The notes beneath the pieces were generated by a model, which worked only from the letters and a program-made list of their open reading frames with translations, ran no database searches and was not told where the DNA came from. Shown here piece after piece: positions 40,489-55,749 of a stretch of 64,000 bases of DNA (positions are counted from its first letter, which is position 1; each line of letters opens with the position of its first letter). This DNA is from Eledone cirrhosa. Lineage: Eukaryota. The position numbers were made by a program, and so were the translations under genes. The stretch spans positions 40,920,001 through 40,984,000 of the forward strand of contig OZ024751.1 in the NCBI GenBank assembly GCA_964016885.1, read 5' to 3'.

Positions 40489-40535
40489 TTATATATATAT
40501 ATATATATATATACTTATATATATATATATATATA

Positions 40536-40606
<71 letters not shown>

Positions 40607-40720
40607 TTATATATATATATATACTTATATATATATATGTGTGTGTGTATACATCTATATGTATACATGTATGAATGTATGCATGTATATATGAGTATAT
40701 ATACATATGTATATATATTA

Positions 40721-40814
40721 GATACTACTAGTACTAATTTTCAGCCGAGTAGAACAACCAGTGACATCCACTTCATCAATCACTGCACTTAATGGGAGCT
40801 CATTTCTCATTAAG

Positions 40815-40815
<1 letters not shown>
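40721..40815 (-). mobile_element. Fragment of a SINE-like repeat; longer inverted copy at 43358-43600
   Basis: CTAATTTTCAG..GAGTAGAACA.CCAGTGACATCCACT.CATCA matches the reverse complement of ~43385-43440. Confidence 0.65.
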
Positions 40816-40897
<82 letters not shown>

Positions 40898-41304
40898 AAA
40901 GAGACTGACAGATATATATATTGCTATTAACGAGTCGAATATCTAAAGCATAGCCGAGTATTTAATATGAACCTAGTACTGTGGAAGAAGCATTTTTCAG
41001 CAGCAGAAATATGAATAAGAAGTACTGCGTATATGAATAGTTTTAGTACAGGATAGATAATGATAAATAGAATTACTTTTGTTCAATGACCAATCGTTAT
41101 GACAATGCATCACATTAACGCCATTGCTGCACAAGAGCAAGTATTATCTAGATATCACGTCTTCTGATTATATTTGCACAAAATAAAGTCTGGAGCCTAC
41201 ATTCTTCCATTTTGAAATCATGGCGCATATTTTAAAAGTAAGCTAAGGAAAGAGGGTAAAGAGAGAAAGGAAAAAAAATTCTTTCAAATCTTGTTTTAAC
41301 TGAA

Positions 41305-41885
41305 CGAGGCTGGGTTGAAAATTTCATGGACTGACTATGACGGAGTGATGCTAGGGCTGTGAAATCTTGTATGCATTAATTTCAAATCTTCTTATTAATA
41401 ACTGCATTGTTTCTTTCCAGGGGATATGTTAAAAAAAAAATCTTATTTTGTCATTCCATGAGAGTATCTTGGTCAGCCTATGAAGGATTGATGCTAGAGA
41501 TATGAAATTTTGCATCTATTAATTTCAACTGCATTGTTTCTTTCCAATGACTATGTTGAAAAATAAATCACATTTGGACATTTCATGAGAGTATCTTGGT
41601 CAGCCTATGAAGGAGTGATGCTAAAGCTATGAAATCTTGCAGGCACTAATTTCATTTCCTTTTATTAATAATTGCATTGTTTCTTTCCAGGGACTATGTT
41701 GAAAAATAAACCTTATTTTGTCATTCCATGAGAGTATCTTAGTCAGGCTATGAACTTCCCAGGCTATTAACATTTCAGCCGATTCTCTTCTAAGCCAGTT
41801 GGTAGTAAATGTGACGAAGCAGCAGGTAGTAACACGTAACAAAACGCAGAAAGCACCATACTTAATTTTTTTTTTTTTAACAAAT
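41305..41885 (+). mobile_element. Mariner-like MITE with about three tandem internal units
   Basis: CTATGA.GGA.TGATGCTA..TGAAAT..TTCCATGAGAGTATCTT.GTCAG repeated at ~41335, 41478 and 41606. Confidence 0.65.
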
Positions 41886-42394
41886 TCATCTTTTCGTAGT
41901 TGGGCTTCACGAGATAAAAACAGACTATATTTTATTACAGAAATATGGAGCAGATATGTTTTTTGTTGTTGTTGTTGTTGTTGTTGTTGTTTTGTTTTAA
42001 ATTAGAATCAACCAAAACTTTCGTTTAACTTTATATGAACGCCTACATCAACCAAGAGCAGTTTCTTAAAATAAAAAAAATAAAAACTGCGTGACCCTCT
42101 TGACTTTATGAGCTATGAAGATCTCTACTAGACATCTACATTGCGATAAAAGATATCGATTATTTCAAGCTAGTTTCGATATGAGAAACCATCTTAAAAT
42201 GTCCACAAGATACTACTTTACCATGACAATAAAATTATATATTTCTGTACATAATGGCATTTGTTGGAATTACCGCCTTGTTAACGATATAAAACATGCA
42301 TCTACATCTTTGAAAACATGAAAAATAGTAGTTAAAATTCTGCCTAATGCTGCCCACTCTCTCGCTCTCATATAATCCCAGACACACACAGACC

Positions 42395-42521
<127 letters not shown>

Positions 42522-43933
42522 CATAATAATTATTCCTCTCAAAAATATGAAATAAAACACTTTTAGGGTTGTTGAAGTCTGATAACAACATGATCTGAAT
42601 ATTATATCAGGCATCAATTAGAAAGAGAATATACTTTACCATTCGAAATATAGATCATTCTATCACCATTATAGGTTTTATATTCATACCTAGCATCATA
42701 TATATTCCACACTAGGTTATGTAACCGAATATTTATTCAAAGACAATAAGAGAGCTAGACTTATGTAAAAGAAAAAGAATAAAAATACAACCAACCAAAA
42801 AACAAACTGAAATATCTGGCAGGAATTCTTTAAAGTTCAATTATTATTTATATCAGCAAAAGACAGGAAACCTCCCAAATATTCAACATTCTTGGGAATT
42901 TAGTGTCCCATGAGCATCAACATGTGTCTAGGGTGGAAAGTGCAGCTATTGTTCGAGTGAATGGAATTTAGAAGAGACAGCCATACACTTGAATAGTTTC
43001 TTGTAAGCTCGGGTCACCACGATTTTGTCTCTGTCTTATCTTATGTATGTATGTGTATGTATGTGTATGTATGTGTGTATGTATGTATGTACGTATGTGG
43101 TGTGTGCATGTATGTGGTGTGTGTATATATGTGTGTTTGTATGTGTGTATGTATGTATGTGTGTGTGTATGTATGCATGTGTATGTAATATATGCATGTG
43201 TATGTAATGTATCTATGAGTGTGGTGTGTGTGTGTGTATGTATGTGTGGTGTATGCATGTATGTATGTGTATGCAAGTATGTATATATGTATGAATATGT
43301 GTGTGTGTGTGCGTGGGTGTGTGTATGTGTGTATGTGTATCATGTATGTTTGTATATATAAGGAATGAGGCCCCCTTATGTTGAGTGGCTGATGCAGTGG
43401 ATGTCACTGGCTGTTCTACTCAACTGAAAATTAGTGAAAATTAGTACCAGTGATAGATGGAGGGTTTAACCCTGCAATAGAGATGGCCAGGCATCCTGTC
43501 CAGGATGGAGACGGGGAGCAGAGGGAGATGGCGAAGGGGGGGGGGGGGGGTTATTGTACACTCACTTGCTTAAACGCCAAGGAAACCGAGATAAACAACG
43601 TACTTGAAACACATTTAAACTAAATGCTCCTCTTCTCCCTCATTCTTAATTCCTCATTCTAGCTATAACTCACACTTCCACTACCACAAATATTATATGC
43701 CAGCCATTGCTTCTGAGAAACACAACAAATGCAAAAGTTATATTTTTTTCATCAACTTATATTGCCTTCTATATTGTAGTGTTTTTCCCTCAACTCTTTC
43801 CTCTTTACCTACTTCAACTACGATCAGTTTATTTTTTCTATTTCATTTTCCCTATCTCTCTTTATCTTTTGCTCTCATCTGCCTTTCTTGTTGTCTTGTT
43901 GGACAGTTTCACTATTTTAACTTCATATATATA

Positions 43934-44025
<92 letters not shown>

Positions 44026-44058
44026 CACATACATACATATATATATATATATACACAC

Positions 44059-44090
<32 letters not shown>

Positions 44091-44106
44091 ACACACACAT
44101 ATATAT

Positions 44107-44151
<45 letters not shown>

Positions 44152-45401
44152 CACATATATATAGATATACAAACACACACATTCGTTTTTTTCTTCGTTT
44201 TTTTTATTTAAAAATATTATTTCCTTTCATAAATTCATATATATATATATATCTCCCTCTTTCCCTCTCTCTTTATCTCTCTCTCTCTCCCTCTTTACAT
44301 ATTTACATCTATAATTTTTTTCTCTCCTTTTTATCAGTTTTTCTTCATTTATCATTATCATTACCATTAATAGAATTATTATTATCATTATTAATTATTA
44401 TTATTATTATTATTATTTTCAAGTTCCTTTTCTCTTCAAAATATAATGTTTTAATAATCTAATAATATTTTTCTTTCTTTTAATATATTTTAAACTTTTT
44501 ACTTTTAACTTTGTTCCAAATTTCTTGCTACTGCTTCACTATATTCGTTAACTGAGCAATAATTCTGCTGTTGCTCTCATTATTATTATTTTTATTATAT
44601 TTTATTTTATTTTTGTTTCTTATGCTTTCCAAAATTTTTGCTTTATTTAATTTTTTTCTTATTTCTATGTTTTTTTCTGTTCTTTTTCTTTTTCTGTTTT
44701 GTTTATTTATTCATTTTTTTTGTGAGCATTTTTTTCCTTATATTCATTTTACTGCAGCAATCCTCCATTCTTCCAAGCAAGCAACCCTTGATTTCTTTCT
44801 CCACTTACTTTGTTATGGTGGGGACTCCATATATTTAAACATTGGAAATATCCACAACTAACAACATCAAATAGATTTGTTTGCACAGCGGTTCTGTCCC
44901 GGTATGTGTACTTTTCTTCTTATTTCTTTTACTTTTATTGTTTTTATGTCTTTCTTTCTATGTGTTTATATTTCTATTTCTGTGTGTTTTATTGTTGTTT
45001 CTTGCCTCTATTCCCATGTACCATTTGCATATGTACATAGCTTGAAGCGCACACACAGCATTAAACATATTTTTGACACTGCCAAATCTGTGTCAAGCAT
45101 ATAACATTACATCCTAGCGAATCTGTGCTACAGTTTCCTACCACCACTACTACTACAACCACAACTACTAACAATACTATTACTACCTCAACCAAAACTA
45201 CCACCACGACAATCACCATGATACCACCACCACCACCATAATCACCACTACCTCCATCTCTACCACCACCACCACCACCACCTCCAACACCACCGCACTA
45301 ACAATTGTCGAACATTTAAGAAAAATTTATTAATATCTCTACATTTTGTTTTCCCTCAGAGAGAAACGGAGACACCAACAAACAGGAAGATGGCTGGCTG
45401 G

Positions 45402-45480
<79 letters not shown>

Positions 45481-45563
45481 ATATATAAAATTGAAAATAA
45501 GACCAAATATTAAATTATATCATATTTTAATTAACATTCGTTTCGTATTTGGAAACGACTTGT

Positions 45564-45731
<168 letters not shown>

Positions 45732-47529
45732 ATAAAAATGTGTGAATTCAAAAGACTCAGAGAGAGAGAGACAAAGCTACATAGATTGTGTGTTGTGTGA
45801 GTGAGACATGCAGAAAAGCCAGTCAACTGGTAGACAGAGGCAGACCTCAAAATAAACTAACTGACACATAGGCAGACAAATAAATCGACTAATGGGCTTA
45901 CGACATACAAAAATCCGTTAGCCTGTACACACGCACATCCAAACAGATTTCAAATGAAATGTAATGTAATGCTGACAAGGTGCTGAATTTGATGACACAT
46001 TGCTAGAGCAATAGTTAAACAGTTAACCAATGAAATTTCTCAGAACGAATTTTTGTTGGGTTTATTTTAATTTATTTTAATTTATTTTTTAAAGAATATT
46101 TTATTACCACATGCATCAGATTACCAACTAACTTAATCAACACAGTCCTAAATTACGGATCGATACGCAGTATTGTTTAATTAATGCTATATATTTTATC
46201 GGCCATGTATATTTAGCCCTTTATATTCCAGTTCTCCAAGTTATAGATGTGGGAACTGTGTGTATAATTTATGAGTAAGCTAATTAGTTTAAGGTTGTGA
46301 GGTCAAATTTTCTCACGGTCAAAATCTGTGATAGATTTAGAAAGATATTTCCATGTCTTTAAAACTGGATTGAGTAATAGCATGCCACAATCTGTTTGGG
46401 TAACGATTAATGTTAGAAAGGAAATATAAGATATAAAACCATAATGATTCATATCTACATATCTACAGCCTGGATTCACATCCCAGTTACAGCATTCCCA
46501 CTTCATTGAAGCTGCTAAAGTCTTCGATGAACAGAACAGGTTCAATCTAACATGACTTTGAACATAGCTAACAAAAGTAACTTCTTACGTTGGAATAGCT
46601 GAATCGGACAGAAATATGAAGTGGTGGGGTTGATTCTTTATCCAATGGAATTAACAAAGTAAGTGTTGTTATTCCTAGTATCGATGTTATCTTCTTCAAC
46701 TACAGAGTTCTTTAGAAATATGAAGGTCTGACAATAAACCTTCTCAACATGTATTTGTGGTAAAAGAAAGACAGGAAAAAACGAGTCTTTATGAAAGAAA
46801 AGAGACTTTAGCTAAGAATCAAAATTAGTTTGTTGTCTTGGGTTTTGGAAGAAATTCTCATGTTACATCACAATTCAATTCAATACAGTTCGATGATGTC
46901 CCTTGACAATGTAGCCTGTCTCTGCCACTTATAAACCGCACTTTTGAGGTCGGAGGTCTCTCGTTTCCAACGTAATCCATTGTTTTATTCAGAGATATTC
47001 TTGGACAGTTAAACACGAGTCAGAGTGTCTAATTCCTTGCTCAATTGATGCTGCTGCAAATCAGTTAAGAAAAGTTTCTTCTTCATGAGACAGACCTATT
47101 TAGAAAGGAGTCTGCACTCACCTCGTTAGGATCCCGCCACAGAGCATTGCAGTGTCTTTAATAAGAAGCAACCCCACTGCCACTAATCCGCTGCACTTTC
47201 TGATATCCCCACACAGTTATTCCACAACTACATTATTTGCTGGGATAACCCACGTGTTTCACAGATGGCCCGTATCATTCCACTATCTGCTAACTGTGGA
47301 CGCGCTTGGTAGCAGTTAGCTCTGCCTCGAGGTTAAATCACAGTATGCTTCATATATATTTAATGTATATTTAACATATCCAATATAATTATTTGTTATG
47401 TAAACATACAATATCTGGGAATTACAGGGGTGAGGGGATATGAGAGTTATATTTATATGGTATTTATGTCCTTCACTATTATGTAGGTTTTTATGTAGTA
47501 TATTCACATGGAGATTATTACATAAGGAA

Positions 47530-47750
47530 AGGTTGGCCTGGTAACAGGATCGTTAGAGCTTCGGGCAAAATACCTTGTGGTATTTGTTCCAGCACTTTAC
47601 GTTCTGAGTTTAAATCCCACTGAGGTCAATCTTGCCTTTCATCCTTCCTGAGTTGAGCTCAATAAAATAGAGTACCAGTCAACTACTGGGGTTTATTCAA
47701 TCGATTAATCATTCTTACCAAATTCCTGGCCTTCAACGAAAATATAATTT
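47530..47750 (+). mobile_element. SINE A (diverged)
   Basis: GTTCTGAGTTTAAATCCC..GCCTTTCATCCTT..AGTACCAG. Confidence 0.7.
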
Positions 47751-47879
47751 AAATAATTAGGTTGTGTTGTTCATAACCGTTCTTTAAAGATAACCTGAAC
47801 AAAACGGAAGTAAATTACTTACAACTGTTACAGTGTGTAGAATATATATATGAATATGTATAGGGTGTGTATATTAACA

Positions 47880-48505
47880 TACATAGGATGTGTATATTAG
47901 TATCTATATATTTAAATATGTTGTATGTACAGAATATATATTAGTATCTATATATTAAAAAATATTGTATAGAATGTGTATGTATATTAGTATGTATATA
48001 TTAGTATGTATATATTAGTATGTATATATTTAAGTATCTATCTACAGAATGTATGTATATATTAGTATTTATATATTTAAAATATTGTACAGAATGTGTG
48101 CGTATATTAGTATGTACATATTTAAGTATGTATCTACAGAATGTATGTATTAGTATGTATATATTAGTATGTATATATTAGTATGTATATATTAGTATGT
48201 ATATGTTTAAGTATATTGTATCTGCAGCCATTTTGTAGGTTTATTATTTCCCAATATTGTTTATTGATCTATTGATACATATATTTCAAGTCCTCCAGTA
48301 CAATATCATATCTGAGTAATTTCAGTAATTTGAAATATTACACTAACATTCTTTATTCTCCCAGGTACATACATAATGTAGGCTACATTACTATAGTATA
48401 GTATAGTATAGTATGGTATAGTATAGTATAGTATATTATAGTATAGTATAGTATAGTATATTATAGTATATTATAGTATAGTATAGTATAGTATAGTATA
48501 GTATA
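47880..48505. repeat. AT-rich degenerate tandem (ATTAGTATGTATAT) followed by (TATAG)n
   Basis: direct reading. Confidence 0.8.
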
Positions 48506-48589
48506 ATAGTTTTCACTATAATAGTTTTCACTTGGAATAATAGTTTTCACTCAAAATACACACACCTCTCTCTCTATCTCTCTCTCTCT

Positions 48590-48630
<41 letters not shown>

Positions 48631-49256
48631 CATACACACGCATATATACACTGTAGTGTTCGGTATTTCCTGTTGCTTGGTTTAATAAAGCATGTGTTTA
48701 GAATTACGACAAGATGTATTTGTCTGACCTTGTATGGTTTTCTTAATTAATGTTAAAGATACGCTCGGGTCTCCCCTGTGTAATATAAAAAAGCTTCAAC
48801 AACTATGTTTATCCATGCCATTAGTAAATAAAAAAAAATTATACTTCTAAGTTTTCTAGAATCTATAAAACAAGAAACAAGGGAAGTAACTCAGTCAGAG
48901 CCAGTTGATTGAAATTCTTAAACGATATAGACAATATAGATTGGGGATCTCAATTAGCAGACTAATCGTGAACAAGACCAATAATACAGATTTGGGTGGA
49001 GTACATCAGAGGTATCGTTCAGCGAGAGTCAGTGAGGAAGATACAGAATTTTTTGGTGAAGAACTGAGGCAGACAGTTAATGTTGGATCGTGTAAGATGG
49101 AAAGGTTTTATGATGTCACCATAAAGAAGTGAATTAATTTAATAGTAGTATGTATATAGTGGCCAGCCAACTGTTGAAAGCAACGATATTGTAAATCGTT
49201 TAGTCTGTAATGTGATCAAAGAAATTCTCTTACAGTTGTACTCTCATGTGTTTTCA

Positions 49257-50047
49257 ATAATTGTTTCTACTTTAGGCACAAGGCCAGCAATTACCCAGTG
49301 CATTACTGGTACTTTATTTTATCGACCCCGTAAGGATGAAAGGCAAAGCCAACCTCGGCGGGATTTGAACTCAGATCGTAAAGGGACGTAACTATGCTGG
49401 AAAGCATGGTGTCCGACCCTCCACCGATACTGCCCAATAATTGTTTCTACTTTAGGCACAAGGCCAGCAACCACCCAGTGCATTACTGGTACTTTATTTT
49501 ATCGACCCCGTAAGGATGAAAGGCAAAGTTAACCTAGGCGTGATTTGAACTCAGAATGGCAAGGGCCGTAACTCTATGCATCAAAGCATGGCGTCCGACC
49601 CTCTACCGATACTGCCAATTCACCCAATAATAATAATTGTTTCTACTTTAGGCACAAGGCCAACAATTTTGTTGGGGGAGGTGGGGGTCGATTATATCGA
49701 CCCAGTTCATTACTGGAACTTTATTTTATCGATCCAGCAGGATAAAAGACAAAACTAACATCGGCGGGATTTGAGCTCAGAAAGTAAAGTGCCGTAACTC
49801 TATGCTGTAAAGTATGTTGTTCGGTACTGTTAATCCACCGCCCTTATAATAACAATAATTGTTTCTACTTTTGGCACAAGGCCAGCAATTACCCCAGTAC
49901 ATTACTGGTACTTTATTTTATCGACTCCGTAAGGATGAAAGGCAAAGTTAACCTCGGCAGGATTTGAACTCAGATCAGAAAGGGGCGTAACTCTGTGCTA
50001 CAAAGCATGTTGTCCGACCCTCTACCGATACTGCCAAACCACCACCC
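49257..50047 (-). mobile_element. Four head-to-tail SINE A copies
   Basis: AATAATTGTTTCTACTTT.GGCACAAGGCCA starts at ~49256, 49436, 49632 and 49854. Confidence 0.9.
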
Positions 50048-50337
50048 TTATAATAACAATAATAATATCAGTTTATGCAGTGAAGTTATTTGCGAAAAGC
50101 AGTCAATGGAAATATGATCACACGTTTGTTTTTCCAATTTGTTTTCTTTCTATCAATTATTTTGAGTGTTTGTGTGTAAAATTCACTGACACACATTCTC
50201 AGATGATTATGGAAAAAACACTATAGACTTTTACATAGTCGCAGGCAGCACGGCTCTATGGTTCTTGGAAATCATGTGAGTTCGGGTTCAGTCCTACTGC
50301 GTGGAACCTCGAGCCAAGTGTCTTATTATTATTACTT

Positions 50338-50520
50338 GGCGGTATCGGTAGAGGGTCGGACACCATGCTTTGCAGCAAAGAGTTACGTTCCTTTTTCGGA
50401 CTGAGTTCAAATCCCGCCGAGGTTAACTTTGCCTTTCATCCTTACGGGGTCGATAAAATAATGTACTAGTAATATACTGAGTAATTGCTGGCCTTGTGCC
50501 AAAAGTAGAAACAATTATTA
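50338..50520 (+). mobile_element. SINE A
   Basis: GGCGGTATCGGTAGAGGGTCGG..GAGTTCAAATCCCGCCGAGG..AAAGTAGAAACAATTATTA. Confidence 0.9.
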
Positions 50521-50767
50521 CGATTTAAGTATATTAGCGAGGAACTGAGCGCTTGGGGGCGGGAGTGGACACCGCCGTGCATTTCTAAGGCTCACTGAAA
50601 TGTCATGAGGGACACAGAGACAAACGTCTAGGGTGGCACCCTAACGACTGCTGCACCAGCTACGGGAACTTGATTCGAATTGATTTTCAATTAAATATTT
50701 ATTGTAAACAAATCAGGAAAGGAATGAACCAGCAACCTGTATCGTCAAAAATCTGCAAAAAGTATCA

Positions 50768-53700
50768 TAGCTGACTTGGACACCTTTCCAGACTTCCACA
50801 AACGAGATCAGCCAACCAAACAAAAGGTACTTTAGCTGGCTAAGACACCTTTCCAGACTTCCACAAACGAGATCAGCCAACCAAACAATAGGAACCTTAG
50901 CTGGCTAAGACACCTTTCCAGACTTCCACAAACGAGATCAGCCAACCAAACAATAGGTACCTTAGCTGGCTAGGACACCTTTCCAGACTTCCACAAACGA
51001 GATCAGCCAACCAAACAAAAGGTACTTTAGCTGGCTAAGACACCTTTCCAGACTGCCGCAAACGAGATCAGCCAACCAAACAAAAGGTACTTTAGCTGGC
51101 TAAGACACCTTTCCAGACTTCCACAAACGAGAGATCACCCAACCAAACAAAAGGTACCTTAGCTGGCTAGGACACCTTTCCAGACTTCCACAAACGAGAT
51201 CAGCCAACCAAACAAAAGGTACTTTAGCTGGCTAAGACACCTTTCCAGACTTCCACAAACGAGATCAGCCAACCAAACAAAAGGTACTTTAGCTGGCTAA
51301 GACACCTTTCCAGACTGCCACAAACGAGATCAGCCAACCAAACAATAGGTACCTTAGCTGACTTGGACACCTTTCCAGACTGCCACAAACGAGATCAGCC
51401 AACCAAACAAAAGGTACTTTAGCTGGCTAAGACACCTTTCCAGACTGCCACAAACGAGATCAGCCAACCAAACAAAAGGTACTTTAGCTGGCTAAGACAC
51501 CTTTCCAGACTTCCACAAACGAGATCAGCCAACCAAACAATAGGTACCTTAGCTGGCTAAGACACCTTTCCAGACTTCCACAAACGAGATCAGCCAACCA
51601 AACAATAGGTACCTTAGCTGGCTAGGACACCTTTCCAGACTTCCACAAACGAGATCAGCCAACCAAACAAAAGGTACTTTAGCTGGCTAAGACACCTTTC
51701 CAGACTGCCACAAACGAGATCAGCCAACCAAACAAAAGGTACTTTAGCTGGCTAGGACACCTTTCCAGACTTCCACAAACGAGATCAGCCAACCAAACAA
51801 AAGGTACTTTAGCTGGCTAAGACACCTTTCCAGACTGCCACAAACGAGATCAGCCAACCAAACAAAAGGTACTTTAGCTGGCTAGGACACCTTTCCAGAC
51901 TTCCACAAACGAGATCAGCCAACCAAACAAAAGGTACTTTAGCTGGCTAAGACACCTTTCCAGACTGCCACAAACGAGATCAGCCAACCAAACAAAAGGT
52001 ACTTTAGCTGGCTAGGACACCTTTCCAGACTTCCACAAACGAGATCAGCCAACCAAACAATAGGTACCTTAGCTGGCTAGGACACCTTTCCAGACTTCCA
52101 CAAACGAGATCAGCCAACCAAACAATAGGTACCTTAGCTGGCTAAGACACCTTTCCAGACTTCCACAAACGAGATCAGCCAACCAAACAATAGGTACCTT
52201 AGCTGGCTAAGACACCTTTCCAGACTTCCACAAACGAGAGATCACCCAACCAAACAAAAGGTACCTTAGCTGGCTAGGACACCTTTCCAGACTTCCACAA
52301 ACGAGAGATCACCCAACCAAACAAAAGGTACCTTAGCTGGCTAGGACACCTTTCCAGACTTCCACAAACGAGATCAGCCAACCAAACAAAAGGTACTTTA
52401 GCTGGCTAAGACACCTTTCCAGACTGCCACAAACGAGATCAGCCAACCAAACAAAAGGTACCTTAGCTGGCTGGGACACCTTTCCAGACTTCCACAAACG
52501 AGATCAGCCAACCAAACAAAAGGTACCTTAGCTGGCTAAGACACCTTTCCAGACTTCCACAAACGAGATCAGCCAACCAAACAAAAGGTACTTTAGCTGG
52601 CTAAGACACCTTTCCAGACTGCCACAAACGAGATCAGCCAACCAAACAATAGGTACCTTAGCTGACTTGGACACCTTTCCAGACTGCCACAAACGAGATC
52701 AGCCAACCAAACAAAAGGTACTTTAGCTGGCTAAGACACCTTTCCAGACTGCCACAAACGAGATCAGCCAACCAAACAAAAGGTACTTTAGCTGGCTAAG
52801 ACACCTTTCCAGACTTCCACAAACGAGATCAGCCAACCAAACAATAGGTACCTTAGCTGGCTAAGACACCTTTCCAGACTGCCACAAACGAGATCAGCCA
52901 ACCAAACAAAAGGTACCTTAGCTGGCTGGGACACCTTTCCAGACTTCCACAAACGAGATCAGCCAACCAAACAAAAGGTACTTTAGCTGGCTAAGACACC
53001 TTTCCAGACTTCCACAAACGAGAGATCACCCAACCAAACAAAAGGTACCTTAGCTGGCTAGGACACCTTTCCAGACTGCCGCAAACGAGATCAGCCAACC
53101 AAACAAAAGGTACTTTAGCTGGCTAAGACACCTTTCCAGACTTCCACAAACGAGAGATCACCCAACCAAACAAAAGGTACCTTAGCTGGCTAGGACACCT
53201 TTCCAGACTGCCACAAACGAGATCAGCCAACCAAACAAAAGGTACTTTAGCTGGCTAAGACACCTTTCCAGACTTCCACAAACGAGATCAGCCAACCAAA
53301 CAAAAGGTACTTTAGCTGGCTAAGACACCTTTCCAGACTGCCACAAACGAGATCAGCCAACCAAACAATAGGTACCTTAGCTGACTTGGACACCTTTCCA
53401 GACTGCCACAAACGAGATCAGCCAACCAAACAAAAGGTACTTTAGCTGGCTAAGACACCTTTCCAGACTGCCACAAACGAGATCAGCCAACCAAACAAAA
53501 GGTACTTTAGCTGGCTAAGACACCTTTCCAGACTTCCACAAACGAGATCAGCCAACCAAACAATAGGTACCTTAGCTGGCTAGGACACCTTTCCAGACTT
53601 CCACAAACGAGATCAGCCAACCAAACAAAAGGTACTTTAGCTGGCTAAGACACCTTTCCAGACTGCCGCAAACGAGATCAGCCAACCAAACAAAAGGTAC

Positions 53701-55318
53701 TTTAGCTGGCTAAGACACCTTTCCAGACTGCCGCAAACGAGATCAGCCAACCAAACAAAAGGTACTTAGCTGGCTAAGACACCTTTCCAGACTTCCACAA
53801 ACGAGAGATCACCCAACCAAACAAAAGGTACTTAGCTGGCTAAGACACCTTTCCAGACTTCCACAAACGAGATCAGCCAACCAAACAATAGGTACCTTAG
53901 CTGGCTAAGACACCTTTCCAGACTTCCACAAACGAGATCAGCCAACCAAACAATAGGTACCTTAGCTGGCTAGGACACCTTTCCAGACTTCCACAAACGA
54001 GATCAGCCAACCAAACAAAAGGTACTTTAGCTGGCTAAGACACCTTTCCAGACTGCCGCAAACGAGATCAGCCAACCAAACAAAAGGTACTTTAGCTGGC
54101 TAAGACACCTTTCCAGACTGCCGCAAACGAGATCAGCCAACCAAACAAAAGGTACTTAGCTGGCTAAGACACCTTTCCAGACTTCCACAAACGAGAGATC
54201 ACCCAACCAAACAAAAGGTACCTTAGCTGGCTAGGACACCTTTCCAGACTTCCACAAACGAGAGATCACCCAACCAAACAAAAGGTACTTTAGCTGGCTA
54301 AGACACCTTTCCAGACTGCCACAAACGAGATCAGCCAACGAAACAAAAGGTACTTTAGCTGGCTAAGACACCTTTCCAGACTTCCCCAAACGAGATCAGC
54401 CAACCAAACAATAGGTACCTTAGCTGGCTAGGACACCTTTCCAGACTGCCACAAACGAGATCACCCAACCAAACAAAAGGTACCTTAGCTGGCTAAGACA
54501 CCTTTCCAGACTTCCACAAACGAGAGATCACCCAACCAAACAAAAGGTACCTTAGCTGGCTAGGACACCTTTCCAGACTGCCACAAACAAGATCAGCCAA
54601 CCAAACAAAAGGTACTTTAGCTGGCTAAGACACCTTTCCAGACTTCCACAAACGAGAGATCACCCAACCAAACAAAAGGTACCTTAGCTGGCTGGCATAC
54701 CTTTCCAGACTGCCACAAACGAGATCAGCCAACCAAACAAAAGGTACTTTAGCTGGCTAAGACACCTTTCCAGACTTCCACAAACGAGAGATCACCCAAC
54801 CAAACAAAAGGTACCTTAGCTGGCTGGGACACCTTTCCAGACTTCCACAAACGAGATCAGCCAACCAAACAAAAGGTACTTTAGTTGGCTAGGACACCTT
54901 TCCAGACTGCTACAAACGAGATCAGCCAACCAAACAATAGGTACCTTAGCTAGCTAGGACACCTTTCCAGACTGCTACAAACGAGATAAGCCAACCAAAC
55001 AATAGGTACCTTAGCTGGCTGGGACACCTTTCCAGACTTCCACAAACGAGAGATCACCCAACCAAACAAAAGGTACCTTAGCTGGCTGGGACACCTTTCC
55101 AGACTTCCCCAAACGAGATCAGCCAACCAAACAAAAGGTACCTTAGCTGGCTGGGACACCTTTCCAGACTGCTACAAACGAGATCAGCCAACCAAACAAT
55201 AGGTACCTTAGCTGGCTGGGACACCTTTCCAGACTGCCACAAACGAGATCAGCCAACCAAACAAAAGGTACCTTAGCTGGCTGGGACACCAGACTGCCAC
55301 AAACGGGGTCAGCCAATT
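50768..55318. repeat. 65-bp satellite, about 70 highly similar copies
   Basis: GACACCTTTCCAGACTKCCACAAACGAGATCAGCCAACCAAACAAWAGGTACYTTAGCTGGCTAR, period 65 (50779, 50844). Confidence 0.97.
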
Positions 55319-55749
55319 AAACTTTGCGCTGGGTTGCGGGAGGCTAAAGAAAACGAGGAAAGAAGACCTAAAATGAATCGGCATTGGAACATTGTGTAAA
55401 GTCTATGACTGATGAACAAGGATTGGAAGGATGTATCTGCCCTGACTGGGGATAGGAAATAGTTACATTAACCCCACTGACTGCCTCATGTGTCTCAAGA
55501 CGTACGAACTCCTGTGTCTAAGTCTAAATATAGTCATGTACATCGATTAAAAACAGCACCAGAATTGCGGCATTAAAATTTATATATCAACTCTAAGTTT
55601 GAAATTTTCTTTTCATAATTCTCTGAGAAAATGCGTCAGTGAATTATAAACACTGAGCGAAATTGACAGAACGAAAGAAAAAAATAGAAAAAACATGTGT
55701 GATCATGTTTCTATTGAAGGGTTTACATTAAATATTTCACAAAACAGAG

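Noticed and set aside
46300-47300. Possible decayed L1/Tx1-like RT on the minus strand
   Set aside because: Only vague motif echoes with many stops; needs a translated search
50768-55318. CRISPR-like appearance of regular repeats (also 23.0-23.4 and 36.7-37.6 kb)
   Set aside because: Units are contiguous with no unique spacers, no cas genes, eukaryotic context
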